This document shows, piece by piece, positions 8,097-16,363 of a stretch of DNA of 32,769 bases. A model generated the notes under the pieces. The model saw nothing but the letters and a program-made list of their open reading frames with translations, was not told where the DNA came from and made no database searches. This DNA is from an uncultured Gammaproteobacteria bacterium. GTDB taxonomy: Bacteria; Patescibacteriota; Microgenomatia; Levybacterales; UBA12049. The position numbers and the translations under genes are program-made. Each line of letters opens with the position of its first letter. Position 1 is the stretch's first letter. The stretch lies in contig CAZTFV010000004.1 in NCBI GenBank assembly GCA_964613075.1, positions 1 through 32,769 of the forward strand, read 5' to 3'.

Positions 8097-9194
8097 ATGC
8101 GTATTCTTCTTGTCTCCACTCTCAAACGCAAGGTTGCTGCGGATGTTAGTGCCTCGCGCTCTCGGATTATCTATCAGCTAGGAAAGGGTCTAGTGGCTAA
8201 AGGACATACTGTTGGTCTGCTAGGAACGGCAGATAGCCATATCGAGGGGGTGAAGACCCATCCTGTCATTGATAAAGCGTTTGTTGAACTGCCGCCTTTT
8301 GAAAACCCCTTTTACGCCGAAACCGGCTTCCTCGTGCAACTTGAGAAAAAAATTGAAGAGTTAGCCGCGGATTATGATGTGATACATAACCACACGTTTC
8401 CAGAGTTCATCAACCTCTACGCTTCAGAACGAGTCAGTACACCTATGGTTACGACCCTCCACGCGCAGGCAACACCTGAGTATGATACGGCGCTTAGTCT
8501 TTTTCCCAAAGCCAACCTCGTCTCGATCTCTCAAGCCCACAAAAGTCATTTTCACAAAGCACATATCGGATGGATCGTCTACAACGGCGTGGATACTGAC
8601 ATTTATGCATTTCAAGAAAAAAAGCAGGACTACCTGCTCTGGCTAGGAAGACTAGGGAAAGCCAAAGACGAGCAGGGCAACTTCATGGACGCAAAAGGAA
8701 TCAAATGGACAATAAAGCTGGCTGAGGATACAGGTGAGCCTCTCATCATCTCCGGAAATGTTGAAGACATGGAGTTTTATGATCGGCAAGTAAAGCCGCA
8801 CCTCTCAGAAAAAATCCAATGGTACGGCCCGGTAACAAGCGAACAGGTACTAAAAAGAGAAGAAGTCGTAAAGCTCATGCAGGACGCAAAAGCGTTCTTA
8901 ATGACAATCAATTGGGAAGAGCCATTTGGACTAGTCATGGCAGAGGCAATGAGCTGCGGGACGCCGGTAATCGGATTCAACCGAGGATCTGTTTCTGAGC
9001 TGGTGCTTGATGGTTTGACTGGGTTTGTGGTAGATCCACAACAAGGGCTGGACGGGTTAAAGGAGGCGTTGGTAAAGCTCCCGATTATTTCGCCTAAAGC
9101 ATGCCATGAGCATGTGGAGAAAAATTTTAGCCTGCACAGGATGGTCGACAACTATGAGAAGGTGTATCAGGATATAGCCTCATCTGCTTTATGA
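8097..9194 (+). CDS. Glycosyltransferase family 4 protein
   Basis: VYNGVD and WEEPFGLVMAEAMSCGTPV motifs. Confidence 0.93.
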   Translation: MRILLVSTLKRKVAADVSASRSRIIYQLGKGLVAKGHTVGLLGTADSHIEGVKTHPVIDKAFVELPPFENPFYAETGFLVQLEKKIEELAADYDVIHNHTFPEFINLYASERVSTPMVTTLHAQATPEYDTALSLFPKANLVSISQAHKSHFHKAHIGWIVYNGVDTDIYAFQEKKQDYLLWLGRLGKAKDEQGNFMDAKGIKWTIKLAEDTGEPLIISGNVEDMEFYDRQVKPHLSEKIQWYGPVTSEQVLKREEVVKLMQDAKAFLMTINWEEPFGLVMAEAMSCGTPVIGFNRGSVSELVLDGLTGFVVDPQQGLDGLKEALVKLPIISPKACHEHVEKNFSLHRMVDNYEKVYQDIASSAL

Positions 9195-10366
9195 GAATAG
9201 GACTTTTACTGCCCAGTATTTTCGCTTCAAAGCACCTTTATCAGGACAGGATTTTTGCCCCGCGCGATTTACTGACCGAGTTAGCAGATGGTTTAGTTGC
9301 GAGAGGGCATAGTGTTATTGTCTTTTCCACGCCTGACTTTAAGACGAAGGCACAGGTTGCACCGGTCTCTTTAGAATATGTCGAAAAGCAGCTACCGTAT
9401 TATAAATTTCGCAATTTAGAGGAACCAAGACGGGCAATACTCAACGATGAGGCAAAAAAACGGTTGTTTGAGATAGAGGTTATCACTATGGCTTTCCAGG
9501 CGGCGCAAAAAGGAGAGATTGAGGTTATTCACTCATATCATTCCTCGATCTTTTTCACGGATCACTATCTGCAGGAGCTTGTGAAAACTGTTCCGGTGAT
9601 CTATTCATTGCACGATCCGGTTCCCCCTGGAGAAAGTATAGAGTGTCACGAGCTCGCAAAATTCATGCATCATTCTTATATAGCTATCTCAAAAAATATG
9701 ATAGAAACTGCGCCATTGGCATTAAATTTTGTCGAGACAATCTATCATGGTCTTGACGTGAACGACTATCCATATATGGAGGAGCCGAAGGGTGATCTTC
9801 GCTTTGTCGGGCGGATCATACCCGAAAAAGGCCTCGCCGATGCGTTGGAAGCGGCGCTGCAGCTACAAATTCCGCTCGCCTTTAGCTCAAGCAAAAACTT
9901 TATGGACACAAAGTATTTTCAGACACATATTGAGCGGTACATGCAGGATCCTCTTACGAGTGAACAAAATATTCCCGATATGAGCAAAAGAGCAGTCTTC
10001 TATGGAGACGGGAAAGCGCTACTTTTTCCTATTCATTGGGAGGAGCCTTTCGGTATGGTAATGATTGAGGTAATGGCCTGCGGCACACCGGTTATCGCGT
10101 ATGCCAGGGGATCGACTCCTGAAATAATTGCAGATGGGAAGACGGGTTTTATCGTCAATGAGTCAGACAGTCTGATCCGCGGAGACTGGGTCGTGAAGCA
10201 GACAGGGATAGAAGGTTTAAAAGAGGCGGTAAAAAGACTCTATGCACTGTCTCCTGATGAGTACCGGTGTATGCGTCAGGCATGCAGAGCACGGGTTGAG
10301 GAGATATTCACGCTTGAAAAAATGGTTGATGGCTACGAAAAAGTCTATCAACGACTACTCCAATAA
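9191..10366 (+). CDS. Glycosyltransferase family 4 protein
   Basis: GRIIPEKG and WEEPFGMVMIEVMACGTPV motifs. ATGA overlap with the previous gene. Confidence 0.93.
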   Translation: MRIGLLLPSIFASKHLYQDRIFAPRDLLTELADGLVARGHSVIVFSTPDFKTKAQVAPVSLEYVEKQLPYYKFRNLEEPRRAILNDEAKKRLFEIEVITMAFQAAQKGEIEVIHSYHSSIFFTDHYLQELVKTVPVIYSLHDPVPPGESIECHELAKFMHHSYIAISKNMIETAPLALNFVETIYHGLDVNDYPYMEEPKGDLRFVGRIIPEKGLADALEAALQLQIPLAFSSSKNFMDTKYFQTHIERYMQDPLTSEQNIPDMSKRAVFYGDGKALLFPIHWEEPFGMVMIEVMACGTPVIAYARGSTPEIIADGKTGFIVNESDSLIRGDWVVKQTGIEGLKEAVKRLYALSPDEYRCMRQACRARVEEIFTLEKMVDGYEKVYQRLLQ

Positions 10367-10372
10367 GCTAGT

Positions 10373-11809
10373 ATGAAAAATCCTGCCCGGGTTCTTATCG
10401 TTGGCTTTGAGGCGACGCCTTTTTTTAAAACCGGTGGTTTGGGAGATGTGATGCATGCACTCCCCAAGGCACTTCGCGGAATAGGAGTCGATGTCAGAGT
10501 AGTCATACCATATTACGCTAGTCTGAAGAAGGAGTTGCCTCAAAAAAAGATAGGTGAGATGTATATTCGCTTCGGCAAAGAACTTCGTTCAGTCAAAATG
10601 TACGAGGGAGTATTTCCGGATAGTTATACGCCGATTTATTTTCTTGAGAACCAGCGTTACATTAATCTTGAAGTAACGAAAATCCGTAGTCTTGAGCCTT
10701 TTGTTTTTTTCGATATCGCTGTAAGCTACTTCACCAACTGGCTTAGCATGCAGAATATCTGGCAGCCAGCAATTATCCATTGCAACGATTGGCATACCGC
10801 GCTTATCCCGTTGCTTTTAAAAAGTAAGCTACAATCTTCAATCCGCACCCTCCTGACCATACACAACTTGCTTTATCAAGGAAGCGCATCATATCATGTA
10901 CTGGACTTACTCAATCTTAAAGACGAAGAAACAAAAGGCATTAAGCATAACCAGCCGGTGAGTCAAATGAATATCTTGGGTGAGGGGATCTTGCACGCAA
11001 CGCGCGTCTCAACTGTCTCGCCAACCTACGCAGACGAGATCTCCAAGGGTCGCCACCTCGAGCTCATCTATGCGTATCTCCAGAAAAGAAAAGAAGAAAA
11101 AAGCCCAGACGGCAAAGTGGTCGGCATCTTAAACGGTATTGATTATGAAGAATGGGATCCGTGCCACGACAAGGTTCTAAAACAGAAATACGGGTTTTCT
11201 GACCTTGCATCAGGTAAAGCAAAGAACAAGCAAGCGCTCCTCAAGCAGCTAAATCTTCCTGATAAACCAACCTTTGCCTTCGTCGGGCGTATGGCCAACC
11301 AAAAAGGATTAGACCTTCTCAGCAATAAAATCGATGATATCATGAAGCTCGATCTAAATATCATCCTCTTAGGTACCGGCCAGCCAGATATTGAAGAGTC
11401 AATGCGCCAAATTGCCAGAAAATACAAAGACAGATTCCGCGCTGAAATCCACTATGAAGAAGAGTTTGCTCATGAGTTATATGCCGGATCGGATTTCTTG
11501 CTCATCCCCTCCCATTACGAGCCTTGTGGCCTGATCCAAATGATTGCCATGCGCTACGGCACGATACCAATCGCCGCCAAGACAGGGGGTCTTGCCGATA
11601 CTATTAAAGACGGCAAAACAGGTTTTTTGTTTGAGAAAGATTCATCCTCGGGTTTGCTATCCGCTATCAAAAGGGCGCTGTCTGTATATGAAAAAAAGGA
11701 TAGTTTTGAAGCTATGCGAACGAGCGGTATGAAAGAGGATTTCTCCTGGGATAAAAGCGCAAAACGATATAGAGATTTATATATTGATATATTAAAGTTA
11801 AATGAATAA
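10373..11809 (+). CDS. glgA: Glycogen/starch synthase (GT5)
   Basis: KTGGLGDV, HCNDWHT, TIHNL, NGID and PSHYEPCGLIQMIAMRYG motifs. Confidence 0.93.
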   Translation: MKNPARVLIVGFEATPFFKTGGLGDVMHALPKALRGIGVDVRVVIPYYASLKKELPQKKIGEMYIRFGKELRSVKMYEGVFPDSYTPIYFLENQRYINLEVTKIRSLEPFVFFDIAVSYFTNWLSMQNIWQPAIIHCNDWHTALIPLLLKSKLQSSIRTLLTIHNLLYQGSASYHVLDLLNLKDEETKGIKHNQPVSQMNILGEGILHATRVSTVSPTYADEISKGRHLELIYAYLQKRKEEKSPDGKVVGILNGIDYEEWDPCHDKVLKQKYGFSDLASGKAKNKQALLKQLNLPDKPTFAFVGRMANQKGLDLLSNKIDDIMKLDLNIILLGTGQPDIEESMRQIARKYKDRFRAEIHYEEEFAHELYAGSDFLLIPSHYEPCGLIQMIAMRYGTIPIAAKTGGLADTIKDGKTGFLFEKDSSSGLLSAIKRALSVYEKKDSFEAMRTSGMKEDFSWDKSAKRYRDLYIDILKLNE

Positions 11810-11816
11810 ATACTTG

Positions 11817-11845
11817 TTGACAAAGAGCAATATTCCAGTTATTAT
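11817..11845 (+). promoter_or_regulatory. Putative sigma70 promoter of the RHH-PIN pair
   Basis: TTGACA-17-TATTAT, 8 nt before ATG 11854. Confidence 0.65.
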
Positions 11846-11853
11846 TACAGTGT

Positions 11854-12096
11854 ATGAAAAGTATCCAAAGAAATACTGAAGTTGTATCTGTATCCCTCCC
11901 AAAAAGCCTAGCTCAGAAACTTGATCAAATTCGAGTAATAAAAGGGCAGTCTCGAAGTGCCTTTATTGCCTCGCTTATACAGCAGCAAACAGAAGACGAT
12001 AGGTGGCAAAGACTCTACAAAAAAGGAGAAAAAACTGCGAGAAAACTGAAGATTACCTCAGAAGATGCGATAGACCGCATTCTCCATGGAGCATAA
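11854..12096 (+). CDS. Ribbon-helix-helix (CopG-type) antitoxin
   Basis: VVSVSLPKSLAQKLD...SRSAFIASLI. Overlaps the PIN gene. Confidence 0.85.
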   Translation: MKSIQRNTEVVSVSLPKSLAQKLDQIRVIKGQSRSAFIASLIQQQTEDDRWQRLYKKGEKTARKLKITSEDAIDRILHGA

Positions 12097-12505
12097 AGCA
12101 AAAGTCGTTTTTGATACCAATATCTATATTTCAGCCATCATCTTTGGTGGAAATCCACGAACCTGCCTTGAGCTCGCCAGAAGCAGAGAAATAGAGCTGT
12201 TTGTCAGTCGAGAAATACTGGTGGAGCTTGCTGATAAGCTACGTAGCAAATTTTTTTGGGAAGAAGAGGACATACGGGATGTGATAGAAGGAATAATGGT
12301 TTTTGCAACACTCGTTTCTCCACGGGAAAAAGTCACTATTATTCATGATGACATATCGGACAATATAATACTTGCGTGTGCAAAAGAAGCAAAGGCACAA
12401 ATTATTATATCAGGGGACAAAAAGCATCTCTTAAGCCTTGAGAAGTTTGAGAAGATCCCAATAATCCCAGCCAAAACATTCCTCGATCAATTCTATAATA
12501 ACTAG
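12086..12505 (+). CDS. PIN-domain toxin (TIGR00305-like)
   Basis: VVFDTNIYISA, EILVEL, DDISDNIILACA and IISGDKKHL motifs. Confidence 0.92.
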   Translation: MEHKAKVVFDTNIYISAIIFGGNPRTCLELARSREIELFVSREILVELADKLRSKFFWEEEDIRDVIEGIMVFATLVSPREKVTIIHDDISDNIILACAKEAKAQIIISGDKKHLLSLEKFEKIPIIPAKTFLDQFYNN

Positions 12506-12508
12506 ATA

Positions 12509-12928
12509 CTACTTCACCGTTATCACCATTGTCGCGCCGGAGTTTTTCTCCTGTACAGTAAATTGCCCTTTCGTATCCTGCCGGACGCGCACTTCTTCTT
12601 TATACCCATACCCCCGAGGCGTTGTGAGTCCTTTTTGATTTGATAGAAGGAGCATCAGCCTATCCTGACTGTCATTCAGAATAGCCAGGTAGCGGCTGAA
12701 AGGCACAGTAAGGTTTGTTCGGCTGAATCGCTCACCATCAAACGTAACCGTATAAACAGCTTGATCTGGCGGTTTTTGCCTTGATGGTGTAGGCGAGATA
12801 TCGTTACTCAGTATTGACCGCGCAGACGGGAAGAGGATGCCATTTGAAAGAAGATCAGGGAAGACAAGAGCGTGGAGGAGAAAGCCTGCCATAAAGGAGA
12901 AGAATAGAAGAATAAGCACTTTAAACAT
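12509..12928 (-). CDS. Membrane-anchored hypothetical protein, possibly a metal-free cupredoxin-like fold
   Basis: N-terminal TM helix followed by a beta-rich domain (VTFDGERFS...LTVP...GQFTV...ITVK). Confidence 0.65.
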   Translation of the reverse strand: MFKVLILLFFSFMAGFLLHALVFPDLLSNGILFPSARSILSNDISPTPSRQKPPDQAVYTVTFDGERFSRTNLTVPFSRYLAILNDSQDRLMLLLSNQKGLTTPRGYGYKEEVRVRQDTKGQFTVQEKNSGATMVITVK

Positions 12929-12935
12929 AAGAAGG

Positions 12936-13083
12936 TGTTGAGGCTAGACGCTGGATGCTAGAAGTTGGATCTTGATACGTTCAGTTTCATGAACGTATCT
13001 TGAAGTTGGAAATTAGAAGATAGATCAAGCCTCTAACTTCTAACATCAAATTCTAACCTCTAGCTTCTAGTGTCTAACATCAG
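12936..13083. repeat. Heptamer-arm element copy 2 (complete, two inverted arms, central hairpin insert)
   Basis: Left arm tagacgc tggatgc tagaagt tggatct. Right arm ctaactt ctaacat ... ctaacct ctagctt ctagtgt ctaacat. Confidence 0.9.
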
Positions 13084-13088
13084 ATTAT

Positions 13089-14003
13089 TCATCCCTTAAA
13101 CAATATTCTCAGCGCTTTTCCGAGGCGTTTTCGCATCAGGAAGAGTATAAAGATTATGCCAAGGATTATCCCTGCAATCTTGACCGGGAAGACAAAAAAT
13201 GTTTCTGTTGCAGTCAGTGTTTGATTTTCCGTATTGCCGTAGTACATGACTGCAGTTGCTGTATGCGGGCCAAAAAGAAACCGCTTATTCAGCTGCGCCG
13301 TCACAATGCGGCTTGCCTGTGGAAAGACATTTGTTCCCGGCACCACAATATCTGCCGCTTTCTGCCCAAACATATTCGTTACGCCAACTATGCCGTAGGT
13401 CTTTACATGCACGTTTCCTTTATTGATAAACTTCATTGAGAAAGGAATTGGGCCAAATTCGGAAAAGGCGGGGGCAGTAAAGTCAGTAAGTTCTAGCACC
13501 TCATTGACTGGTCCTGAGATACGGACTAAAAAAAGCGAGGCAATCTGCTGTGAAAGAGATGCAGCATTTGGGTCTGCTTTTGACTCAACGCCAAAGACAA
13601 ATGATCCATAGCGCCCGCCCGCAGCATCTTTGGGAACAGAAATAGTAGCCGTAATTTCTTGCTCCTCTCCTGCATAAAGCATAAAGCTTTGCGGGCTGAC
13701 CTTTGTCCATGAGGCAACGCTCCACGGACTGGCCGATGAGAGTGCCACCTGTCCTTCCTCGCCGCTTGCGGTAAAATCCTCAACCCGAACTGCAATTGGT
13801 AAAGAGCCGCTGCTGCGATTGCGGATTTTTGCCGTCACCGTTATTGTCTGTCCCGGGTCAGCGTTAACTTCCTGAGAGGGAGGGGATACCTCAAGCGTTT
13901 GTCCGCTATTCTGGGCGATAACCCATTGTCTGAGACTGGAAAAAAGAAGGAGTGCAATAATCACTAAAAGGCAAGAAAGAAGTAAGAACCTTGTTTGTTT
14001 CAT
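13089..14003 (-). CDS. DUF916/WxL-interacting-like surface protein (two Ig-like domains, C-terminal TM)
   Basis: Signal peptide, VSPP, TISVPKDAAGGRYG and NKGNVH motifs, C-terminal TM plus basic tail. Confidence 0.75.
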   Translation of the reverse strand: MKQTRFLLLSCLLVIIALLLFSSLRQWVIAQNSGQTLEVSPPSQEVNADPGQTITVTAKIRNRSSGSLPIAVRVEDFTASGEEGQVALSSASPWSVASWTKVSPQSFMLYAGEEQEITATISVPKDAAGGRYGSFVFGVESKADPNAASLSQQIASLFLVRISGPVNEVLELTDFTAPAFSEFGPIPFSMKFINKGNVHVKTYGIVGVTNMFGQKAADIVVPGTNVFPQASRIVTAQLNKRFLFGPHTATAVMYYGNTENQTLTATETFFVFPVKIAGIILGIIFILFLMRKRLGKALRILFKG

Positions 14004-14004
14004 A

Positions 14005-14046
14005 GTTCGACAAGCTCACTATGATCCTGAGCAGAGTCGAAGGATC
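14005..14046. repeat. TTCGACAAGCTCA-type palindromic element
   Basis: gttcgacaagctcactatgatcctgagcagagtcgaaggatc (ttcgac/gtcgaa, gctca/tgagc and gatcct/aggatc pairings). Confidence 0.7.
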
Positions 14047-14069
14047 ATGCACCTTAAGTATAGCAGAAC

Positions 14070-15224
14070 TCAATATGTCGGAGTTGCGATAAGGATAACG
14101 GTGCCAGTATACGTTCCAGCCGGTTGGACCGTATTAACCTCGAGTTCCCAACCAAGCCGTGTTGTCTGACTGCTCACGCCGGCAGTCGCGCAGATAGCCT
14201 CATCGCCGGTTGTTGTTGATCCTGCCCATTTCGCTCCGCCACTGGTGAACCGGGCAGCTGTTCCGGTACAAAGCGTTGCGTCCTCAGTTGAGTAGCCGAA
14301 AAAGCCAGTATTTGTATTTGCTGTTGAGCCATTAGGCGAACTCCAGGTAGTAGGAGTCGTGTTGGTGCCGGTAAATGCATCAATATTATTTGTTGATCCT
14401 GAAGTGAGCGGAGGATTGCCCGCTATGGTCGCGGAATGAGACGCAGTTACCGTATATCCGCTGCCAGCGTTTGTGGTAACTGTCACATCGTGGGCAGCAA
14501 TCTTCGGCGTGGCCGCAACGAGGGTACCAAAGGGGATAGTCGTTGTCGTTGATGTGACGTTGACATTGCCGGTTCCACCGTTAAAATTTCCGCCTGATGA
14601 GACTGCTGCGATAGAGAAAGAGAAATTTGCATCAACTGTTGCCGAGACGGCGATTGAGGTCGTATCAAGAGTGGCAGAGGCTGCCTGGCCTGAGTCAATC
14701 TCGGTTGTACCTGTATCGGAAAAGGTTCTGGCCCGGGCAAAAAACGTCGTATTTGTCGTAGTTGAATTGGTTACGCCGGTAAATGTCAGCTGCATTGTCT
14801 GCGTTGCCTGTGTTGCCGGTGTTGTGACAACCACTCGGAACCTGATGCCACTGGTGTCTGGATCAGATACTGTTCGTCCAGTCCCGGCAATGTTATCTGA
14901 CGCCAGCGTAGGGGTGCCGGGAGAAAAACCCGTAGGCACTGTGCAGCTATCGGTAAAGCTACCGGCAGTTGTACAGATCTTAATATCAATTTGTTTGATC
15001 GATGTGGTCACGGCGGTTGTCCAGAAGAAGCCATAGGTAACGCCGGTTGCACCGGCTTGGGAATTGTTAATTTGCAGTTTGATCGGGCTCAGCGCGCCTG
15101 CATAGCTTCTTCCGACGAAGAGATTAACTAACGGGGGAAGAGTAAGGGCAATAATAAGGAAAAAGGCAAAGAAAAGACGAGCCTTTACAGGTAGAATTCG
15201 TCGCATATATCTACAATAGAGCAT
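14070..15224 (-). CDS. Secreted Thr/Ser/Gly-rich surface protein with WxL/pilin-like C-terminal domain
   Basis: Signal peptide, VTVTTNAGSGYTVTA, GFFGYS and terminal QPAGTYTGTVILIATPTY. Start may be ATG 15206. Confidence 0.75.
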   Translation of the reverse strand: MLYCRYMRRILPVKARLFFAFFLIIALTLPPLVNLFVGRSYAGALSPIKLQINNSQAGATGVTYGFFWTTAVTTSIKQIDIKICTTAGSFTDSCTVPTGFSPGTPTLASDNIAGTGRTVSDPDTSGIRFRVVVTTPATQATQTMQLTFTGVTNSTTTNTTFFARARTFSDTGTTEIDSGQAASATLDTTSIAVSATVDANFSFSIAAVSSGGNFNGGTGNVNVTSTTTTIPFGTLVAATPKIAAHDVTVTTNAGSGYTVTASHSATIAGNPPLTSGSTNNIDAFTGTNTTPTTWSSPNGSTANTNTGFFGYSTEDATLCTGTAARFTSGGAKWAGSTTTGDEAICATAGVSSQTTRLGWELEVNTVQPAGTYTGTVILIATPTY

Positions 15225-15231
15225 TTATTTC

Positions 15232-16173
15232 TCAGGTGTCAAGCTTTAGAAGAACAATAACCGCTTTTTTCAACTGCTTCCTTCGTAGTAAAACAAACAA
15301 GGTCAATAAAAGAAGCAAGAGTAGCAAAATCGCCATACGATATGGGAAGACCAGAAGGGTTGTTTCTCTTGTGACTAGCTGTCCATTGCCGGTTGAAACA
15401 GCAATGGTTGCGTTATAGAAGCCGGACGGAAGACTCTCAAGTGCAATATCTTGTTGCCATCGCCTGACTTTGCCGGGGAAAACGACCTTTTCTTCCGGAA
15501 AGATTTTTTTCTCTGCGCCTACTAGTGGTTTTAGGGTCAGAATCGGTTTGGCTGTAAAAAAGTTAAGCGAAATATTTTTTACCCGAAGCAGGACCGGTAA
15601 AGGTTTCCAAGGCTCAATAACCCTGCGAAGCGAGAAGGTAAGAATTTCAGCCTTTTTGGCTTTAGGATCGGGCAGCCCAATATCAGCGAGTAACAAAATG
15701 CCCACACGAGTAGCAATGTTGGTTGCTTCGGTATTGTTCCGCAGAACAGGCTCGAAAAACAAAATACCGTAGTAACCACCCAAAGGGATTGATTGTGGGG
15801 TAGTAATCGTCAGGGTAATTCGCTCTTTGCTTTTTGCCGGAAGGAGAATTTCTTGCTTATCAAGTAATGTCCAAGAAAGCAAAGGGTTGGTTCGTGTTTC
15901 CGAAAAAACATATCCGCCATCCTCAGTTGCCGGCTCAAAATCACTGAAAACCGCCCGCACAGGCAGAGGAGCGGAAGTAAGGTTCTCAAGGGTAATTTCA
16001 TGTCGGTAGGTTTTAGAAGGAGAGAGGGTGACATTAATTATTACTGGTGAAACGCGAAGGATCTGCGTTTGGTTCTGGTTTTCTTGCGCACTGATTTGAA
16101 GCGGTAAATATAAAAAATAAAATATAAAAGATAAAAAAGACAGAGAAAAAATCAGAGATATTTTATATTTCAT
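15232..16173 (-). CDS. DUF916/WxL-interacting-like surface protein (paralogue of 13089-14003)
   Basis: LRVSPV, TITTPQSIPLGGYYG and VFPGKVR motifs, C-terminal TM plus RRK tail. Confidence 0.75.
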   Translation of the reverse strand: MKYKISLIFSLSFLSFIFYFLYLPLQISAQENQNQTQILRVSPVIINVTLSPSKTYRHEITLENLTSAPLPVRAVFSDFEPATEDGGYVFSETRTNPLLSWTLLDKQEILLPAKSKERITLTITTPQSIPLGGYYGILFFEPVLRNNTEATNIATRVGILLLADIGLPDPKAKKAEILTFSLRRVIEPWKPLPVLLRVKNISLNFFTAKPILTLKPLVGAEKKIFPEEKVVFPGKVRRWQQDIALESLPSGFYNATIAVSTGNGQLVTRETTLLVFPYRMAILLLLLLLLTLFVLLRRKQLKKAVIVLLKLDT

Positions 16174-16206
16174 ATGTATATTTACTATTTACTTTTTTAT
16201 ATTTAA
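16095..16206. repeat. AT-rich two-armed heptamer element overlapping the start and signal peptide of 15232-16173
   Basis: taaatat aaaaaat aaaatat aaaagat ... then tatattt/tttacta-type units. The reverse complement of 16162-16206 matches 32700-32744 at 42/45. Confidence 0.8.
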
Positions 16207-16209
16207 CTT

Positions 16210-16357
16210 ACCTTACGCAGCATGCGTCATGCTGGCCCGCTTCGCCGCGAGGCGAGCTTGTCCAGAATCTCCAAACGTAAGACCTGCCTGCCGGCAGGCA
16301 GGGATCCTGGATGCGGTCGCCTCAGGCGACCTTACCAGGATGACGCTTGCGTAAGGT
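16210..16357. repeat. Nested palindromic element (GTCAT..ATGAC scaffold with three inserted hairpins)
   Basis: accttacgca/tgcgtaaggt and gcgtcatgctgg/ccaggatgacgc inverted repeats. Inserts tcgcc-gcga-ggcga, cctgcctgccggcaggcagg (16283-16302) and ggtcgcc-tca-ggcgacc. Confidence 0.9.
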
Positions 16358-16363
16358 GAGTGA

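Noticed and set aside
13089-16173. Sortase substrates in the surface cluster
   Set aside because: C-terminal TM and basic tails are present but no LPxTG-like motif.
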